Below the pieces are notes generated by a model. That model ran no database searches. It was not told where the DNA came from and saw only the letters and a list, made by a program, of their open reading frames with translations. DNA of 64,000 nt from Eledone cirrhosa. Taxonomy: Eukaryota. Below, in pieces: positions 1-14,669 of this stretch (positions within the stretch are counted from its first letter, which is position 1; the number at the start of each line of letters is the position of its first letter). Position numbers and translations under genes: made by a program. The stretch is from NCBI GenBank assembly GCA_964016885.1, contig CAXHJY010000370.1, forward strand, positions 13,710 through 77,709, given 5' to 3'.

Positions 1-162
1 AAGTTGACGGGACTAGCATGGGTTTCACTGGTAGCATTTATATCTATAATGATATATACATATATACACATACATATATAATATATATATATATATGATA
101 TTTTTTTATCTAAAAAAAAAAAATGTTTTTGGTCACACACACACATTTTATATATGTATATA

Positions 163-220
<58 letters not shown>

Positions 221-286
221 CATATATAAGACTTTTTTGTTTTGTTTTATTTATGATCTATCCGTCAACTTCTTATTTATTATAAT

Positions 287-320
<34 letters not shown>

Positions 321-377
321 ATAAGAATAAATAATATATATATATATATATATATACATATATATAATAAGAATAAA

Positions 378-570
378 TAATTGTTTCTACTTTTGGCACA
401 CGGCCAGCAATTAACCCAGTGTATTACTGGTACTTTATTTTATCGACCCCGAAAGGATGAAAGGCAAAGTTAACCTCGGCGGGATTTGAACTCAGAATGG
501 CAAGGGCCGTAACTCTATGTGTCAAAGCATGGCGTCCGACCCTCTACTGGTACTGCCAATCCTCTGCCTA
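378..570 (-). mobile_element. tRNA-derived SINE (family S1), near full length
   Basis: Reverse complement of the 48410-48597 copy, with A-box-like TGGCAGTACCAG, B-box GAGTTCAAATCC and central CTTTCATCCTTTCGGGGTCGATAAAATAAAGTACCAG. Confidence 0.9.
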
Positions 571-579
571 ATAAGAATA

Positions 580-1690
<1,111 letters not shown>

Positions 1691-1896
1691 ACAAATATTT
1701 TTTTTTATCCAACAAAAATTGTTTTTGGACTTCTTACATCCTGATAGTAGAACTGCTGTCGCTTAACTGGCAAATAAGATGGGAGGGGGTGTACAGCAGC
1801 AACAACAACAACAACAACCGCAGCAGCAGTAGCGGCGGCGGCGGTTTTTATAAAGAGGATATATTTATATTTATAAACATAACAGAAGAAAGAAAA

Positions 1897-1943
<47 letters not shown>

Positions 1944-2139
1944 ACAAATCATAAATAAAGAGATAAATAGATAAATTATGTAGGTTCGTTCATAAGTAAG
2001 ATGTGAGCGACATCAGATAAAATATAAACACATTTTTATATAATTTTACATATATATATATAAATAAACTTACTAGCATAGATATTAAGAAAAAGACTTT
2101 GAGGGGAGAGAGAATATACTGGGTTCTCCCGAGGGAGAA

Positions 2140-2610
2140 TATACTGGGTCTTTGGAGTAACTTTAGAGTACGTAGCTTTGAGATCAGAGAGTTGCTCCAG
2201 GTAGAGCTGCTACTTCTCCGAATTGAGGGATCACAGCTCCGATACCATGGATATGTGTGGTTTGAATGTCACAGGAAAGAATGTGTATGTAGCACGGAGA
2301 TCAGAGTGTCACCCCAGGGAGAGCCGGTACTTCTCCGAATTGAGAGATCACAGCTCTGATACTATGGACATTCTACGGTTAGAATGTCTCAGGAAAGAAT
2401 CACTGGACAGATTTTACGGACAAAACCAACCAACAAGAGACCCAGGGGTAGACCCTGAAGAAGATGGTTGGATAACATCCATGAGCTTGGCTGGTCTCGC
2501 TTGAGGATCCAGCCGGATCAGTTGGAGACGGTTGTTTCTGGCAGGGCTCGCTGGAAGGGGTGGTTGAGGACTCTTCCCCCACGATCCTCCCAGGATTTTG
2601 CTGTTTTTGC
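2140..2610 (+). mobile_element. RTE-clade LINE 3' fragment (degraded, with internal duplication)
   Basis: Frameshifted translation LLRIERSQLRYYGH..RMSQERI..ILRTKPTNKRPRGRP.RRWLDNIHELGWSRL...RARWKGWLRTL resembles the RTE C-terminus. Homologous to 5020-5380 and 7085-7497. Confidence 0.8.
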
Positions 2611-2674
2611 CGAGGTCGCAATCATAAAAATTCATGGCTCGGCCTTCAAATGTTCACAACATTCAGTATACAAT

Positions 2675-2737
<63 letters not shown>

Positions 2738-2738
<1 letters not shown>

Positions 2739-2812
2739 AGGGTGTCTTCAAAAATGTATACACACTTATTAGAATGCTGTTGAAGAGTGTATGCAATATT
2801 TGGGACACCCTG
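2738..2812. mobile_element. 75-bp Tc1/mariner-type mini-MITE
   Basis: TA|CAGGGTGTC...GACACCCTG|TA terminal inverted repeats with TA target duplication. Confidence 0.75.
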
Positions 2813-3449
2813 TATGACCAACACAACTACCACGTCACAACCAACACCGCCACACCACACCACCGCTACCACCTCTACCGTCCACCACACCACGCCACTA
2901 CCAATACCACCACCACCATCACATCACCACCACCACCAAACCACTACTACCACCACACCGTCACACCACCACCACCGTCACACCACCACCACCGTCACAC
3001 CACACCACCGTCACACCACCACCAAACCACTACGACCACCACACTATCACCACCACCAAACCATCGTCACACCACCACCACCACCAAACCACTACGACCA
3101 TCACACCACCACCACACCATCGTCACACCACCACCACCACCAAACCACTACGACCATCACACCACCACCACACCATCGTCACACCACCACCACCACCAAA
3201 CCACTACGATCACCACACCACCACCACCAGGAAATCATTTGTAAATTATCCCTAATTACAGTAGTTTTATTTATATATAGTTGTTTTATCTTTATTTTAC
3301 TTGTTCTTCAGATCCTGTTAACCTCATTGACCCCTCCCTGGCCACACTACACCCCCCTACCCCTCCCTGGCCACACTACAACCCCCACTACACATCACTA
3401 TTTCAACAGACGCACACATACATACACGCTCACACACATACACATATAC

Positions 3450-4090
3450 TTATGTATATATGCGCCCACATCACATACTTATGTATATACACGTACACAC
3501 ACATCGTATATACACGTACACACACATCATATACGTATGTATACACGCTCTCTCTCTCACACACACACACACTTATGTATACACGCTCACACACACACAC
3601 GCATCACATACTTATGTATACACGCTCACACACATCACATACTTATGTATACACGCTCACACACATCACATACTTATGTATACACGCTCACACACATCAC
3701 ATACTTATGTATACACGCTCACACACATCACATACTTATGTATACACGCTCACACACATCACATACTTATGTATACACGCTCACACACACACACACACAT
3801 ACACATATACTTATGTATAGATGCGACATATATGTACACACACACCACATACTGATGCATACATGCACATATGCGTACACACGCATCAATACGCGCCCAC
3901 ACACACTTATGTATACACGCTCAGACATACACACACACATCACATACTTATGTATACACGCTCAGACACACACACACACACACATCACATACTTATGTAT
4001 ACACGCTCAGACGCACACACACACATCACATACTTATGTATACACGCTCAGACGCACACACACACATCACATACTTATGTATATACGCGC
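3450..4090. repeat. ~32-bp minisatellite (CACATCACATACTTATGTATACACGCTCACAC)
   Basis: Direct tandem copies. Confidence 0.9.
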
Positions 4091-4307
4091 CCACATACAC
4101 ACTAAAAAGTACGGCTGTCATATATATGACTTGGTGGCATGTACCAAGCTTTCACACACACACACACACACACACATATATACATACATATAGATATATA
4201 TTTTTTTTGAATGATCAACTTTCGTCAAATCGGACCGAGGAAACAATGTTTCCGTTGGTCTTTCCAATTGCTAATACAATCTATCGGTCGCAACTCCATG
4301 TAGAAGG

Positions 4308-4420
4308 AGCAACGTGAAAATAAAGTGTCTTGCTCAAGGACATAACACATCACCTGGTCCAGGAATTGAACTCACAACCTTACGATTGCGAATCCTATTC
4401 TCTAACCACTCAGCCACGCA
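4308..4420 (-). mobile_element. Second tRNA-derived SINE family (S2), 5' part
   Basis: Minus strand reads GTGGCTGAGTGGTTAGAG (A-box), GAGTTCAATTCC (B-box), then CCTTGAGCAAGACACTTTA. Confidence 0.75.
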
Positions 4421-4503
4421 CCTGTTATAGACATGAGTGGTGTGGTGTGGTGTGGTGTGGTGTGGTGTGGTGTGGTGTGGTGTGGTGTGGTGTGGTGTGG
4501 TGT

Positions 4504-4536
<33 letters not shown>

Positions 4537-4748
4537 TGGTAGCTAAGATGCTTCTATAGGCGGTATGCCTATATGATAGAATATTCTATTATATATCACA
4601 AAGAAAGTGTGGTAAGAAACCAGGTGGACCATAACGCTCCAGAGTACTTGGTACTTAGAGTAGTAGGAAAAGTTCGGATCTAGCTGTCGAAACGGCCGGA
4701 GCTCAGCCGTCGGGGTCCTGACTCTTTTCCTCTCTCGTTCTTTCTCTG

Positions 4749-4795
<47 letters not shown>

Positions 4796-5019
4796 AAATG
4801 ATATGTAAGGTTAAACAACAGGGCCGGACCTTCACCTACTGAAACCCTACCCTAAGCTATATGAAATTTGAAGGCCCCCCCCCCCCCCCCCCGTACCTGG
4901 AATGCCTTTGGTCGGTCACAGGCCCGCTCCATCAATAGGGGTTTCCCTGGGACTAAACAACCCCATTAACAACAAAGAATGGGTTTTATTTTAGACAGAA
5001 GGACAGTGATTTCGAAGGC

Positions 5020-5380
5020 CTAAATGGGGTTCCTTGGAAGGGTCTTTGGTGTAATGTTACTCGATAGAATGACTCGGAGATCAGAGAGTAGCTCCAGGTA
5101 GAGCTATAACTTCTCCCAATTGACAAGAGATCACAGCCCCGAAACTACGGACATATGGTCAGAATTGCTAGACAGATTTTACAGGCAAAACCAGCCGGCA
5201 GTAGACCCCTGGGGTAGACCCCAGACAAGGATGGTTAGATGACATCCACGAGCTCGGTGGGTTTCGCTTGTAGATCCAACCGGATCATTTGGAGACGGTT
5301 ACTTCTAATAGGATCCTTTGGAGGGTGTGTTGAGGACTGGAGGGTGTGTTGAGGACTTTGCTCCCACGGCCCTCCCAGGA
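5020..5380 (+). mobile_element. RTE LINE 3' fragment
   Basis: Nucleotide homology to 2140-2610. Confidence 0.75.
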
Positions 5381-5414
5381 AGAAGAAAAAAGAAAGAAAA
5401 GAAAAAATGGCCCG

Positions 5415-5825
5415 TAATTTGAGGGGGTGATTACATCAATCCCAGTACTTAGCTGGTACTTTATTTTATCGACCCCTGGAAGAGAGTTCAAGTTGATCAT
5501 AGCAGGATTTGAACTCAAAACATAAAGGACCATAACTAAATATAAATACCACGAATCATTTTCTCCGATGCTCTACCGATTCTGTCAATCATGATAATAT
5601 CAAGACAAGCATAAATAGACGTTAAATGGTGATGATGATGATGATATAAATAAGTTCTTATGTATATAAGATAAAGATAAATGCAAATAGTAATAATTGT
5701 TTCTATTTTTGGCACAAGGCCAGCAATTACCCAGTGCATTACTGGTACTTTATTTTATCGACCGCGTAAGGATGAAAGGCAAAGTCAACCTCGGCGGGAT
5801 TTGAACTCAGACCATAAAGAGCCAT
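5415..5825 (-). mobile_element. Two S1 SINE copies
   Basis: GGTACTTTATTTTATCGACC...GGATTTGAACTC motifs near 5455 and 5743. Confidence 0.8.
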
Positions 5826-5839
5826 AATGATAGCCATAA

Positions 5840-6460
5840 TGACAACAATAACATCAGCAACAATAATAACAATAATAACAATGCCAACGACACAACGACA
5901 AAAACAACTATAACAACAATAACACGACAACAACAACAATGACAACAACACCAACAACAACATCAATAACACCAACAACAACACCAACAACAACACTAGA
6001 CCAACAACAACACCAACAATACTACAACAACACCAACAACACTAGACCAACACCAACAACACTACAACAACGACACCAACACCACCAACGACAACAACAA
6101 CAACGACAACGACAACAACGACACCAACAACACCAACAACAACAACACCACCAACGACACCAACAACACCACCAACGACACCAACACCAACAACAACACC
6201 AACACCAACAACAACACCAACACCAACACCAACGACACCAACAACACCAACGACACCAACAACACCACCAACACCACCAACAACAACGACACCAACTACA
6301 ACACCAACAACAACAACAACAACAACTACAACACCAACAACACCAACAACGACACCAACAACAACAACAACGACAACGACACTAACAACAACGACACCAA
6401 CAACACCAACAACAACACCAACAACACCAACACCAACGACACCAACATCAACAACATCAA
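5840..6460. repeat. (CAA/CAC)n low-complexity tract
   Basis: Direct inspection. Confidence 0.9.
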
Positions 6461-7084
6461 ACACGTGCTTGTTGAGAAGTTGACCCACATTTTTTTTACG
6501 ACTTTCAAGAATTCCGTACTTCCTTACGTCATCGGATATTTCTACTGTGAAGTAACTATTACGTCTGACGACAGCGCCCCCTACACTACTACTTCTCTGT
6601 AGTGACGTCATACTTGATGGAAATCCGTCAGTTGTGCATGTACGTGACATTCTCTGTTCAAGTGCCTGCGCATTCTTAAATGAGCCTGGAACCCTTAAAC
6701 GAGCGTTTTTTCGGGGTGGTGGTGGTGGGGTGGATATTGTACACTGTTCAAGTGGCTGCGCATTCTACATAGACACGTGAAACCCTTAAACGTAGCGTTT
6801 TGTTTTGTTGTTGTTGTTTTTTTGTGGTGGTGGTGGTGGCTTTAGTGATGGTGGGGTGGAGGTTGATTCGGGGGTGAAATTGTATGTATGTATGTGTGTC
6901 TGAGGGGTGACAAGGCTGGTTGTAGTCATATGTACCCTTGATGTCCTTCTCGGGTCGGGGATATTCGGCGTCCTGTCCAGGGAAGGGAGTGATGGGAAAC
7001 TGTTGTACTCTCAGTCGCTTAACACCAAAGAAACCGAGATAAGTCCCGACCTGATAGGCTTCGGGTCTTGGGACATAATTCACC

Positions 7085-7497
7085 TTCTTCTTCGCCCACC
7101 TATTCCTGTAAGGGTCGTGGGGGCAGAGTCCTCAAACACTCCTTCCAGTCGATCCTGTCAGAAGCAACCCTCTCCAGCTGATCCGGCTGAATCCCCAAGC
7201 GAGACCAGTCAAGCTCATGGATGTTATCCAACCATCTTTGTCAGTGTTTACTCCTGGATCTCCTGCCAGTTGGTTTTGCCCCTAAAATATGTCCAACTAT
7301 TCTTTGCTGAGACATTCTAACCACCTACCTATCGGAGTATCTATCGTAGTATCTATTCTAACCACGTACCTGTAGTATCTATCGGAGCTCTGATCTCTCA
7401 GAAGTAGGGGCTCTACCTGGAGTGATTCTCTCATCTCCGAGCAAAACCACTTTATCGAGTAACGTTACTCCAAAGACCCTTCGGAGGAACCCATTTT
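7085..7497 (-). mobile_element. RTE LINE 3' fragment
   Basis: Reverse-complement homolog of 2140-2610. Confidence 0.75.
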
Positions 7498-7949
7498 TTA
7501 AAAAATTAATTCATGATCCAAGCACCAACTTAACCGTTTTAATATTAAATCGATCGAACAGTTTATTTTCAAATATTTATATTTATCTAAAAACATTCCA
7601 TCACAATTTTACGAAAGATATCGAAGTTTTGCATACAACACGAAACATTTTAAAATGTTTATGAAAGATGTCCCAAGTTTTTCGTATAATACAAGTGTTT
7701 ATATTTATCTAAAAATCTCTTATCAATTTTATGTAACAAGTTTATGTATTTATATTAACAACTGTAGCGATTCGCATTTTTTACCCAGATAAAAGACTAA
7801 CAGTCAATCCTATTGGCTGCTAAATCGACCAATAGAATTCTTTGGCGTACTTTTTCAAGTAATTGAGATTGAACCCGGAATTTGTAATTGTGAAGCGAAC
7901 GAAATTCATAATCACCCAGTCACGCTTAAACCCATAATTATGTTTAATA

Positions 7950-8070
7950 TCTAAGTTCAAATCCCGCCGAGGTTTACTTTGCCTTTCATTCTTACGGGGT
8001 CGATAAAATAAAATACCAGTGATACACTGATTAATTGCTGGCCTTGTGCCCAAAGTAGAAACAATTATTA
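7950..8070 (+). mobile_element. S1 SINE 3' part
   Basis: B-box and central domain match 48410-48597. Confidence 0.8.
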
Positions 8071-8264
8071 TTTAATATCTAACTTCAATATAGGCATTAA
8101 ATTTGTTGAATGTAACAGCCAAATATCTCTTAATGAAATACACAAAAGCATATCCATTATAAAACAGAGGTCGTTGACATTAAATTGCCTCAATGTGAGT
8201 GAGTGTCCGTGAAACATATACAGGGTGGTCCACTCAATGTGAGTGAGTGTCCGTGAAACATATA

Positions 8265-8464
8265 CAGGGTGGTCCAACACAGTGGTTTTAGTTTTTATTA
8301 ACTTCCTGAATTGTACATATTGATGTATAGAATTTTGATTCAACTTAAAGGCCATAATGGAAATTATTTTGCACAATCCTTATCACATCTCTACATTACT
8401 TATGACAAGTTACATCTTTCAAACAGAGGCCATGCGACCCCTGTGTCACTTTTGGGCCACCCTA
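8265..8464. mobile_element. Tc1/mariner-type MITE (~200 bp)
   Basis: TA|CAGGGTGGTCCAA...TTGGGCCACCCTA|TA inverted termini. The left end plus flank is duplicated once (~44 bp). Confidence 0.65.
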
Positions 8465-8549
8465 TATATATATCAGATCCGAACATATTATGAACAAATG
8501 GGGGCCCACGCGCTGGCTGCCCCGCGGCCCCGGCGGATAGAATAGTAGA

Positions 8550-8775
8550 CAAATGATTTCCACTTTAGGTACAAGGTCAATAATTTGGAGGAGAAGGGAA
8601 AAATCCGATTAAATCGACCCCAGTACTTGAGTACTTTATTTTATCGACCACCGAAACAATGAAAGGTAAAGTTGACAGCGGCGGGGTTCGAACTCAGGGC
8701 GTGAAGAGCTGGAATAAATGCCGCAATGCTTTTTGTCTGACGCTCTACCGAGTTTGCTAATTTACTCCGCCCCTA
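8550..8775 (-). mobile_element. S1-related SINE
   Basis: Central domain and B-box on the minus strand. Confidence 0.75.
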
Positions 8776-9379
8776 TTAGAACTAATGGCTGCAATGGGGC
8801 CCTGAAACCTTGGCTTTCAGGTATTTCGAAGAGGGCGGGGTCCGGCACTTCAATATTTCACGACACTACAACACACACACACACACATGATGGTGTCCGA
8901 GTAGACATCAGCCGTGTCAACCTTATGAATAAATAATACTTGTCCTGGTTTGTAATGAGGGGGTGAGGGGTGAACTATTGGTGAGCTATGCTTAAGGGCA
9001 TCAGTTGATTTTAATCCTGCCGAGCGTGTATATATTATATGACCCAACGAGAGAGCCTCTATATAGTTATACCACCAGCTAGAAATACCAGCCAAACATC
9101 TCACTGTTACCCCCCCCCCTCTCCTCCTCAATACAGTATGTCTGAAGAAAATACGATGGCCTGTTTTACCATAAAGCGATAAAAAGATAGATAGATAGAT
9201 AGATAACAAAGAAGGCGTGGTAAGATACCAGGTGGACCATAATGCACCAGAGTACTCAATACTTAGGGTAGTAGAGTGGGTAATAGGAAAAGAGTCAGGA
9301 CCCCGACGGCTGAGCCTCGGCCGTTTCGACAGCAAGATCCGAACAGTTCAGATAGATAGACGACTAGGGCACATTATTA

Positions 9380-9790
9380 TTAACTTTGCCTTTCATCCTT
9401 ACGGGGTCGATAAAATATAAAGTACCAGTAATGCACTGGGTAATTGCAGGCCTTGTGCCAAAAGTAGAAACAATTATCTTAGTAATAGGATAAAAGGATA
9501 ACAATCCCATAACTTCTTGTGGAGTCGTAGAGGCACCGTCAAACGACCTATCTAGGGAACTTTAAAACCTGGTGGAGCCCAACCCTCTCCAGGTCTGAAC
9601 ACAACTGATATTTCTATAGTGGAAAAATCGACCCCAATATTGGACTGGCACTTTTTTTTTATCGACCTCGAAAGGATGAAAGGCAAAGTTGACTCAGGTG
9701 GGATTTGAACTCAGAGCATGCAATGAGGTGAGACGAATACCGCAAAGCATTTTGTCTGACGTCTTAACGACTCTACCAATTCGCCGCCTA
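9380..9790. mobile_element. Two S1 SINE copies (+ at 9380-9478, - at 9620-9790)
   Basis: Shared central domain. Confidence 0.75.
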
Positions 9791-9844
9791 TAGTTTATTA
9801 GTAATACAGTACTTAATCTGGCAACCGGTTTAAGGTTTAACTTC

Positions 9845-9986
9845 TACCCCACCCACTTGGGTCCCTGGATGACTGACTTTAGAGGTAGAGTTACCCCACC
9901 CACTTGGGTCCCTGGATGACTGACTTTAGAGGTAGAGTTACCCCACCCACTTGGGTCCCTGGATGACTGACTTTAGAGGTAGAGTT
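9845..9986. repeat. 47-bp tandem repeat x3
   Basis: TACCCCACCCACTTGGGTCCCTGGATGACTGACTTTAGAGGTAGAGT at 9845, 9892 and 9939. Confidence 0.95.
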
Positions 9987-10919
9987 CATTCGTTCTGTTG
10001 CAAGTATTCGGACGAGTAACCTGGTAACGAATTCACCTTCCACTTTCTCTCCTCCTCCTCCTATCAGTCTCGGAAATGCACTGGAAAAGGGTCATATGAA
10101 CTGCCCTCCCTGCCCCCCTCCACTATCATTGACTAAACAGTAGGTGGTGCGGGGGTAGGGGGGGGGGGGGGTTCCAACTTGATAATCGATCCCGATGTCG
10201 TTGATTTGCTAGGCTGGGTTGGTTTTACTGCTCGTGTATTGATACAGAAGCAGAAAACGTGATGACAAGAGAGAGATGAAAGAGGGAGAGTGAGAGAGAG
10301 AGAGAGATGAAAGAGGGAGAGAGATGAAAGAGAGAGGGAGAGAGAGAGAGATGAAAGAGGGAGAGTGAGAGAGAGAGAGAGATGAAAGAGGGAGAGAGAT
10401 GAAAGAGAGAGGGAGAGAGAGAGAGATGAAAGAGAGAGGGGGAGAGAGAGAGGGGCTAAACGGGGGATGGGGAAACGGGGGAAGGGAGGGGGAGATAGAG
10501 AGGAGGAGAGAGCGAGAGATAGAGAGGAGGAGAGAGCGAGAGAAAGAGAGGAGAGAGGGGGAGAGCGAGGGAGAGAGAGGGGGGAGCGAGGGAGAGAGAG
10601 CAAATGAGAGAGAGGGGGAGGGGGGAGCAAGAGAGGGAGAAGAGAGCAAAAGAGAGATAGAGAGAGATAGAGGGGGGAATTTAGGTGGTGAATGGAGGAA
10701 GACAGAGTGAGCCATATGAGGGGTAGCTGAGAGGAGAAAGAAAGAGAGAGAGATGAGGCGGGGGTAATGTGAGGAGGTGATGAGGCAAAGATTAAACTGA
10801 TATAGAGACATAAGCATACGGATCATCAAACACACACATTATATATATATAAATATATCTACTACCGTGACTGGATCTTAACCATCTACTTTGTCAGGGT
10901 ATGTCATGTATCATCTTAC

Positions 10920-10980
10920 TTTATCTGATGAGGACGTACTGTTGAAGTTAGCTCAGTACCTCTGAAATATGTATAATAAA
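10920..10980 (+). ncRNA. Minimal type I hammerhead ribozyme (family A)
   Basis: TTTAT-CTGATGA-stem II (GTACTG/CAGTAC)-GAAA-TATGTATA|ATAAA. Confidence 0.75.
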
Positions 10981-11372
10981 ATATAAATATACTTGATCAC
11001 AATGAAGTTCTATTTTTGTTAATACTTTGAATCAATATTAATAACTCCGGAAAACCATTACTGTTGAGTGCATCCAATCTATTGTAAAACTAATTCTTTG
11101 ATTTATTCATCGAACCTTGTTTAACCTTTAAATATATATGACTAGCAGATATATACATTAGTATATTAGTGTTTAACCAACGAATACTGGGTATTAGCAT
11201 CATTTGTGTCTTAAGGTTCATGAAGGTAAATTTTCGACACCGAGCTAAAATTAAAATCGATGGACAAGGAAAGGAATTTATTTTCGAGAAGGACTTACTT
11301 TGAAAGAGCACCGGTTTTTCGCCGATGTAATTTTTTTCTTACATGTTTGTAAACATGTTTGTAAACATGTTT

Positions 11373-11530
11373 TAGGCGGCGAATTGACACAGTTGTTAGA
11401 ATGTCAGATAGAATGCTTTGTGGTATTTGTTTCGACATTCTTCTCTCTCTGAGTTCAAATCCCACCGAGGTTAACTTTGCCTTTCATCCTTTTGAGGTCG
11501 ATAAAAAAGTACCAGTCTTGTACTGGAGTC
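11373..11530 (+). mobile_element. S1-related SINE
   Basis: B-box GAGTTCAAATCCC followed by the central domain. Confidence 0.75.
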
Positions 11531-13000
11531 GATTCTTCTTCCTTTCTATCTCTACCTCACTTCCATTGTCTCACCCCCCTCTATCTTTTCTCTGGGAGAA
11601 AGCTACTCTATTCGGACCTGGAGAATGAGATGGGTTCCAGCAGATCTTTCAAAAAGGTCTAGAAACACCGTATGTCAATACGGTGCCCCAACGACTCCCC
11701 CGGGACTTACGAGACTCTACGTACAAAACACATAACACACGTTTTGTAAATGCATTACCATACAGAGGACTAATATTGTTGTATATATATATATATATAT
11801 ATATACAAGTGGAAGCTTAGTAAAATCGAAGCTTTGGCTGTGGCCAAGCAAAGTCGACCTACAATAAGGAATGAGTAGCAAAGCACTCAATAAGGGTAGG
11901 TCCTTAGAGTAATAACATTACGTTTAAATAGCTTGACAAATTGAACATTGCGGTAGGCAAAACCCAAACATACAATACCAAAGTAACGAAAGAACCAATC
12001 AGATATATATATATATATATATATACTCAATCATCTATCAGTGGGCCCGGAACTTCGGATGAAGTGGCAGGGGCGCCATCGTAACATGAACATCTATAGC
12101 TGGTAGAGCCCATCTCGCCCCAGGTCTGACCGCAGCATGTTCCCAAGAGAGTGAGTGAGAGAGCAGGAGAGAGAGAGTGAGTGAGAGAGCGAGTGGGAGA
12201 GAGAGAGTGGGAGAGAGAGAGTGGGAGAGAGAGAGTGAGTGAGAGCGCGAGAGAGAGAGAGAAATGAATACGACATCAAAACAAACAGGATGCTCTATAC
12301 GGTCTTTCGACCTGCTAGAAATAGCAACCAGAAATTCTTCGCCCTGATATCCTACCGTCACGTAAAAAAAAAAGTAAAAAAAAAAAGGGGGACAGTATCT
12401 TGTCCGAATAATGTATGTAATCCCTGCAAATAAACTATCCCTAAAAACATGACGAGGTAGTCACGGCTGGAATGCGTTTGAGCATAGGTAAATTAGTAGA
12501 AGTACTAGCGAATCGGACGAAATGCCTTTCGCCATAAATTTCGGCTATTTGCCTTTTAAGTATTCGAATGGCTTTTCATTCTTTGCGTGGGTCGATAAAA
12601 TAAAATTAGCAGTCCAGGGTGAAGGTTCTGAGTTCAAATCCCGCCGTAGTCAACTTTAATCTGTCGTCCGGTTTAGCAACCATCGCATCTGTGAACACGG
12701 ATATGTTTTTACTAAGTTCACTCTGTTGTAAGCATTCAAGTCAGGTCTCTCCGGATTTAAGGATCTCTCTCTCCTAGCAGTTTCGGATACCCGGAGAACA
12801 TTTCTAAGTACATCCCCCGTTCCCTCCCAGCCAGAATAAGACAATAAAAAACAAATTCAGGCTTGACCAAGTATACGGACAGAACATTAAAATGAAAACG
12901 AAGAGAGAAATATATGCCCCAGGGTGGTCACAGCCCACTGACAGAAATTAGGGACGAAGATAAAAAGAAAAAGACAGAAAAAATAATATGTAGGGTTTAC

Positions 13001-13514
13001 CTTTTCCTTGGCCGAGTTTCTCGGTTATAAAAGTGCTCGCTTTGTTCGTAAAAAGATCCGGGTTGGAGATAAAGGCATCCCTGAAATTGTTGTAACCATT
13101 CAGAAAGATAAGCATCTTGTTACCCACGTGTAGACTGAAGATGTCACCGTATCGTTTGCGCAACTGAGCCAGCACTTCGGCCAGGTCGGAGCTGGAAAAG
13201 AGCACGGTGCTGCCGACGATCGGAATACGGGGAGGACCTGGTGGCAAACCCTCCAGCCGCTGTTTCCACACGCTGAGCAGCAGGCCTAGTGTGCCCAGGA
13301 ATATAATGAGCGTGGTGAGATCGGGCGGTGTAAGGAAGATAGAGTGGATCTGCGAAGATTCGACCAGAGGTTCCATACTGGTCTGGGCGGCAGCGGAGCT
13401 ACTACTGCTCACGATGCTTGCGATGAAGGCGATGTTGGGCGCTGGTGACGAAGTGTCGTCAACAGCAGTTGCCACTGGCTGTTGTGGAGCGGGTGACACA
13501 CTCGTGTTGTACAT
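13001..13514 (-). CDS. Cytochrome P450 (clan 2, CYP2-like), first coding exon
   Basis: Membrane anchor LIIFLGTLGLLLSVW, proline hinge LPPGPPRIPIVG, then LRKRYGDIFSLHVG..IFLNGY..RDAF..F. Phase-1 donor AAG|GTAAAC at 13001/13000. Start is ATG 13514 or 13376. Possible acceptor at 13602. Later exons not identified. Confidence 0.9.
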
Positions 13515-13639
13515 ATATAGGGCCGTGTGGGAAAAAATACTCAACGGAACAACAAAACCTGTACCGGTTCTGTTCGAATGTCTATCGTTTTCACGGAACA
13601 CCTATATGCGAGTGAGCTTGTAACTATCTATATAATATT

Positions 13640-13670
<31 letters not shown>

Positions 13671-13934
13671 AAACAGTGAGAATTTTTACCAAACGTGTGC
13701 GTGTACAACACTTGTATAAAGTTAATTTAATTTTTTTTTATATATAGCTTTTATATATAATGTACGATCTGCATACACCTAGTTTTCACTAACGGTACGT
13801 TTGTATATAAGTTGTTTTCAACATGTGTATATATATATATTTATACAGTGTGAGAGTTTTTTCTTCGATCGCTTTGCACCGAATGAATGTGATGTATGTA
13901 TATTGTTTATTTTCAGCGACTGTCAGCGCGTGCT

Positions 13935-13978
<44 letters not shown>

Positions 13979-14525
13979 AATATAAAGTTTGGTTTCAACG
14001 AATGTTCTCTGCGTATTCTTTCGACAAGGTAAATATATATAATTTATATATATATATATATATATTTATTATATATAATATATATATATAGTTATTATAT
14101 ATATATATATACGAGTCTCTAAGAGTGAGTGAACAGCTTGTATGATTCGGTTGATGATTTATCCTGATAGAAAACTTTTCAATAAAGTTTCCCAACTGCA
14201 GCCGGACGGGTGTTCGGAGATGTGAGAGTAACGAAGTGGTTAGGATAGGAAATGAATCGTGGAGTGAACAAGTTAGAGAATAACTCCTGTTTATAAAGCA
14301 ACGAGGACTGATGTGGTGGGAGGGTTAGAGAGAGGGATGATGGTGGGGCGGACAGATAAGAAATAAAGATAAATAGAAATATACATGTGTATGTATGTAT
14401 GTGTAAATGTATGTATGTATGTATGTATGTGTAAATGTATGTATGTATGTGTAAATGTATGTATGTATGTATGTATGTATGTATGTATGTATGTATGTAT
14501 GTATGTATGTATGTACGTACGTACG

Positions 14526-14564
<39 letters not shown>

Positions 14565-14669
14565 TTACAGAGGGGTGATGGTGGGCGAGGGAAAGGAGGA
14601 GGATATGATAAAGATAGAGAAAAACACAGAGGGGAGGGGTAAAGTGTTAAGAGAGAAAGAGGAGGCGGT

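Noticed and set aside
6480-6685. Possible second exon of the P450 (minus, CCAG|GC, phase-compatible, GSFKNAQALEQRMSRT...)
   Set aside because: No resemblance to the expected P450 continuation (G..W...R) and no clear donor. Needs RNA-seq.
11850-11905. Hairpin GACCTAC...GTAGGTC in an island between TA tracts
   Set aside because: Single copy, and no known ribozyme core could be fitted.
12038-12150. GC-rich stretch with a short ORF downstream of the P450 exon
   Set aside because: No P450 motif in any minus-strand frame and no supportable assignment.
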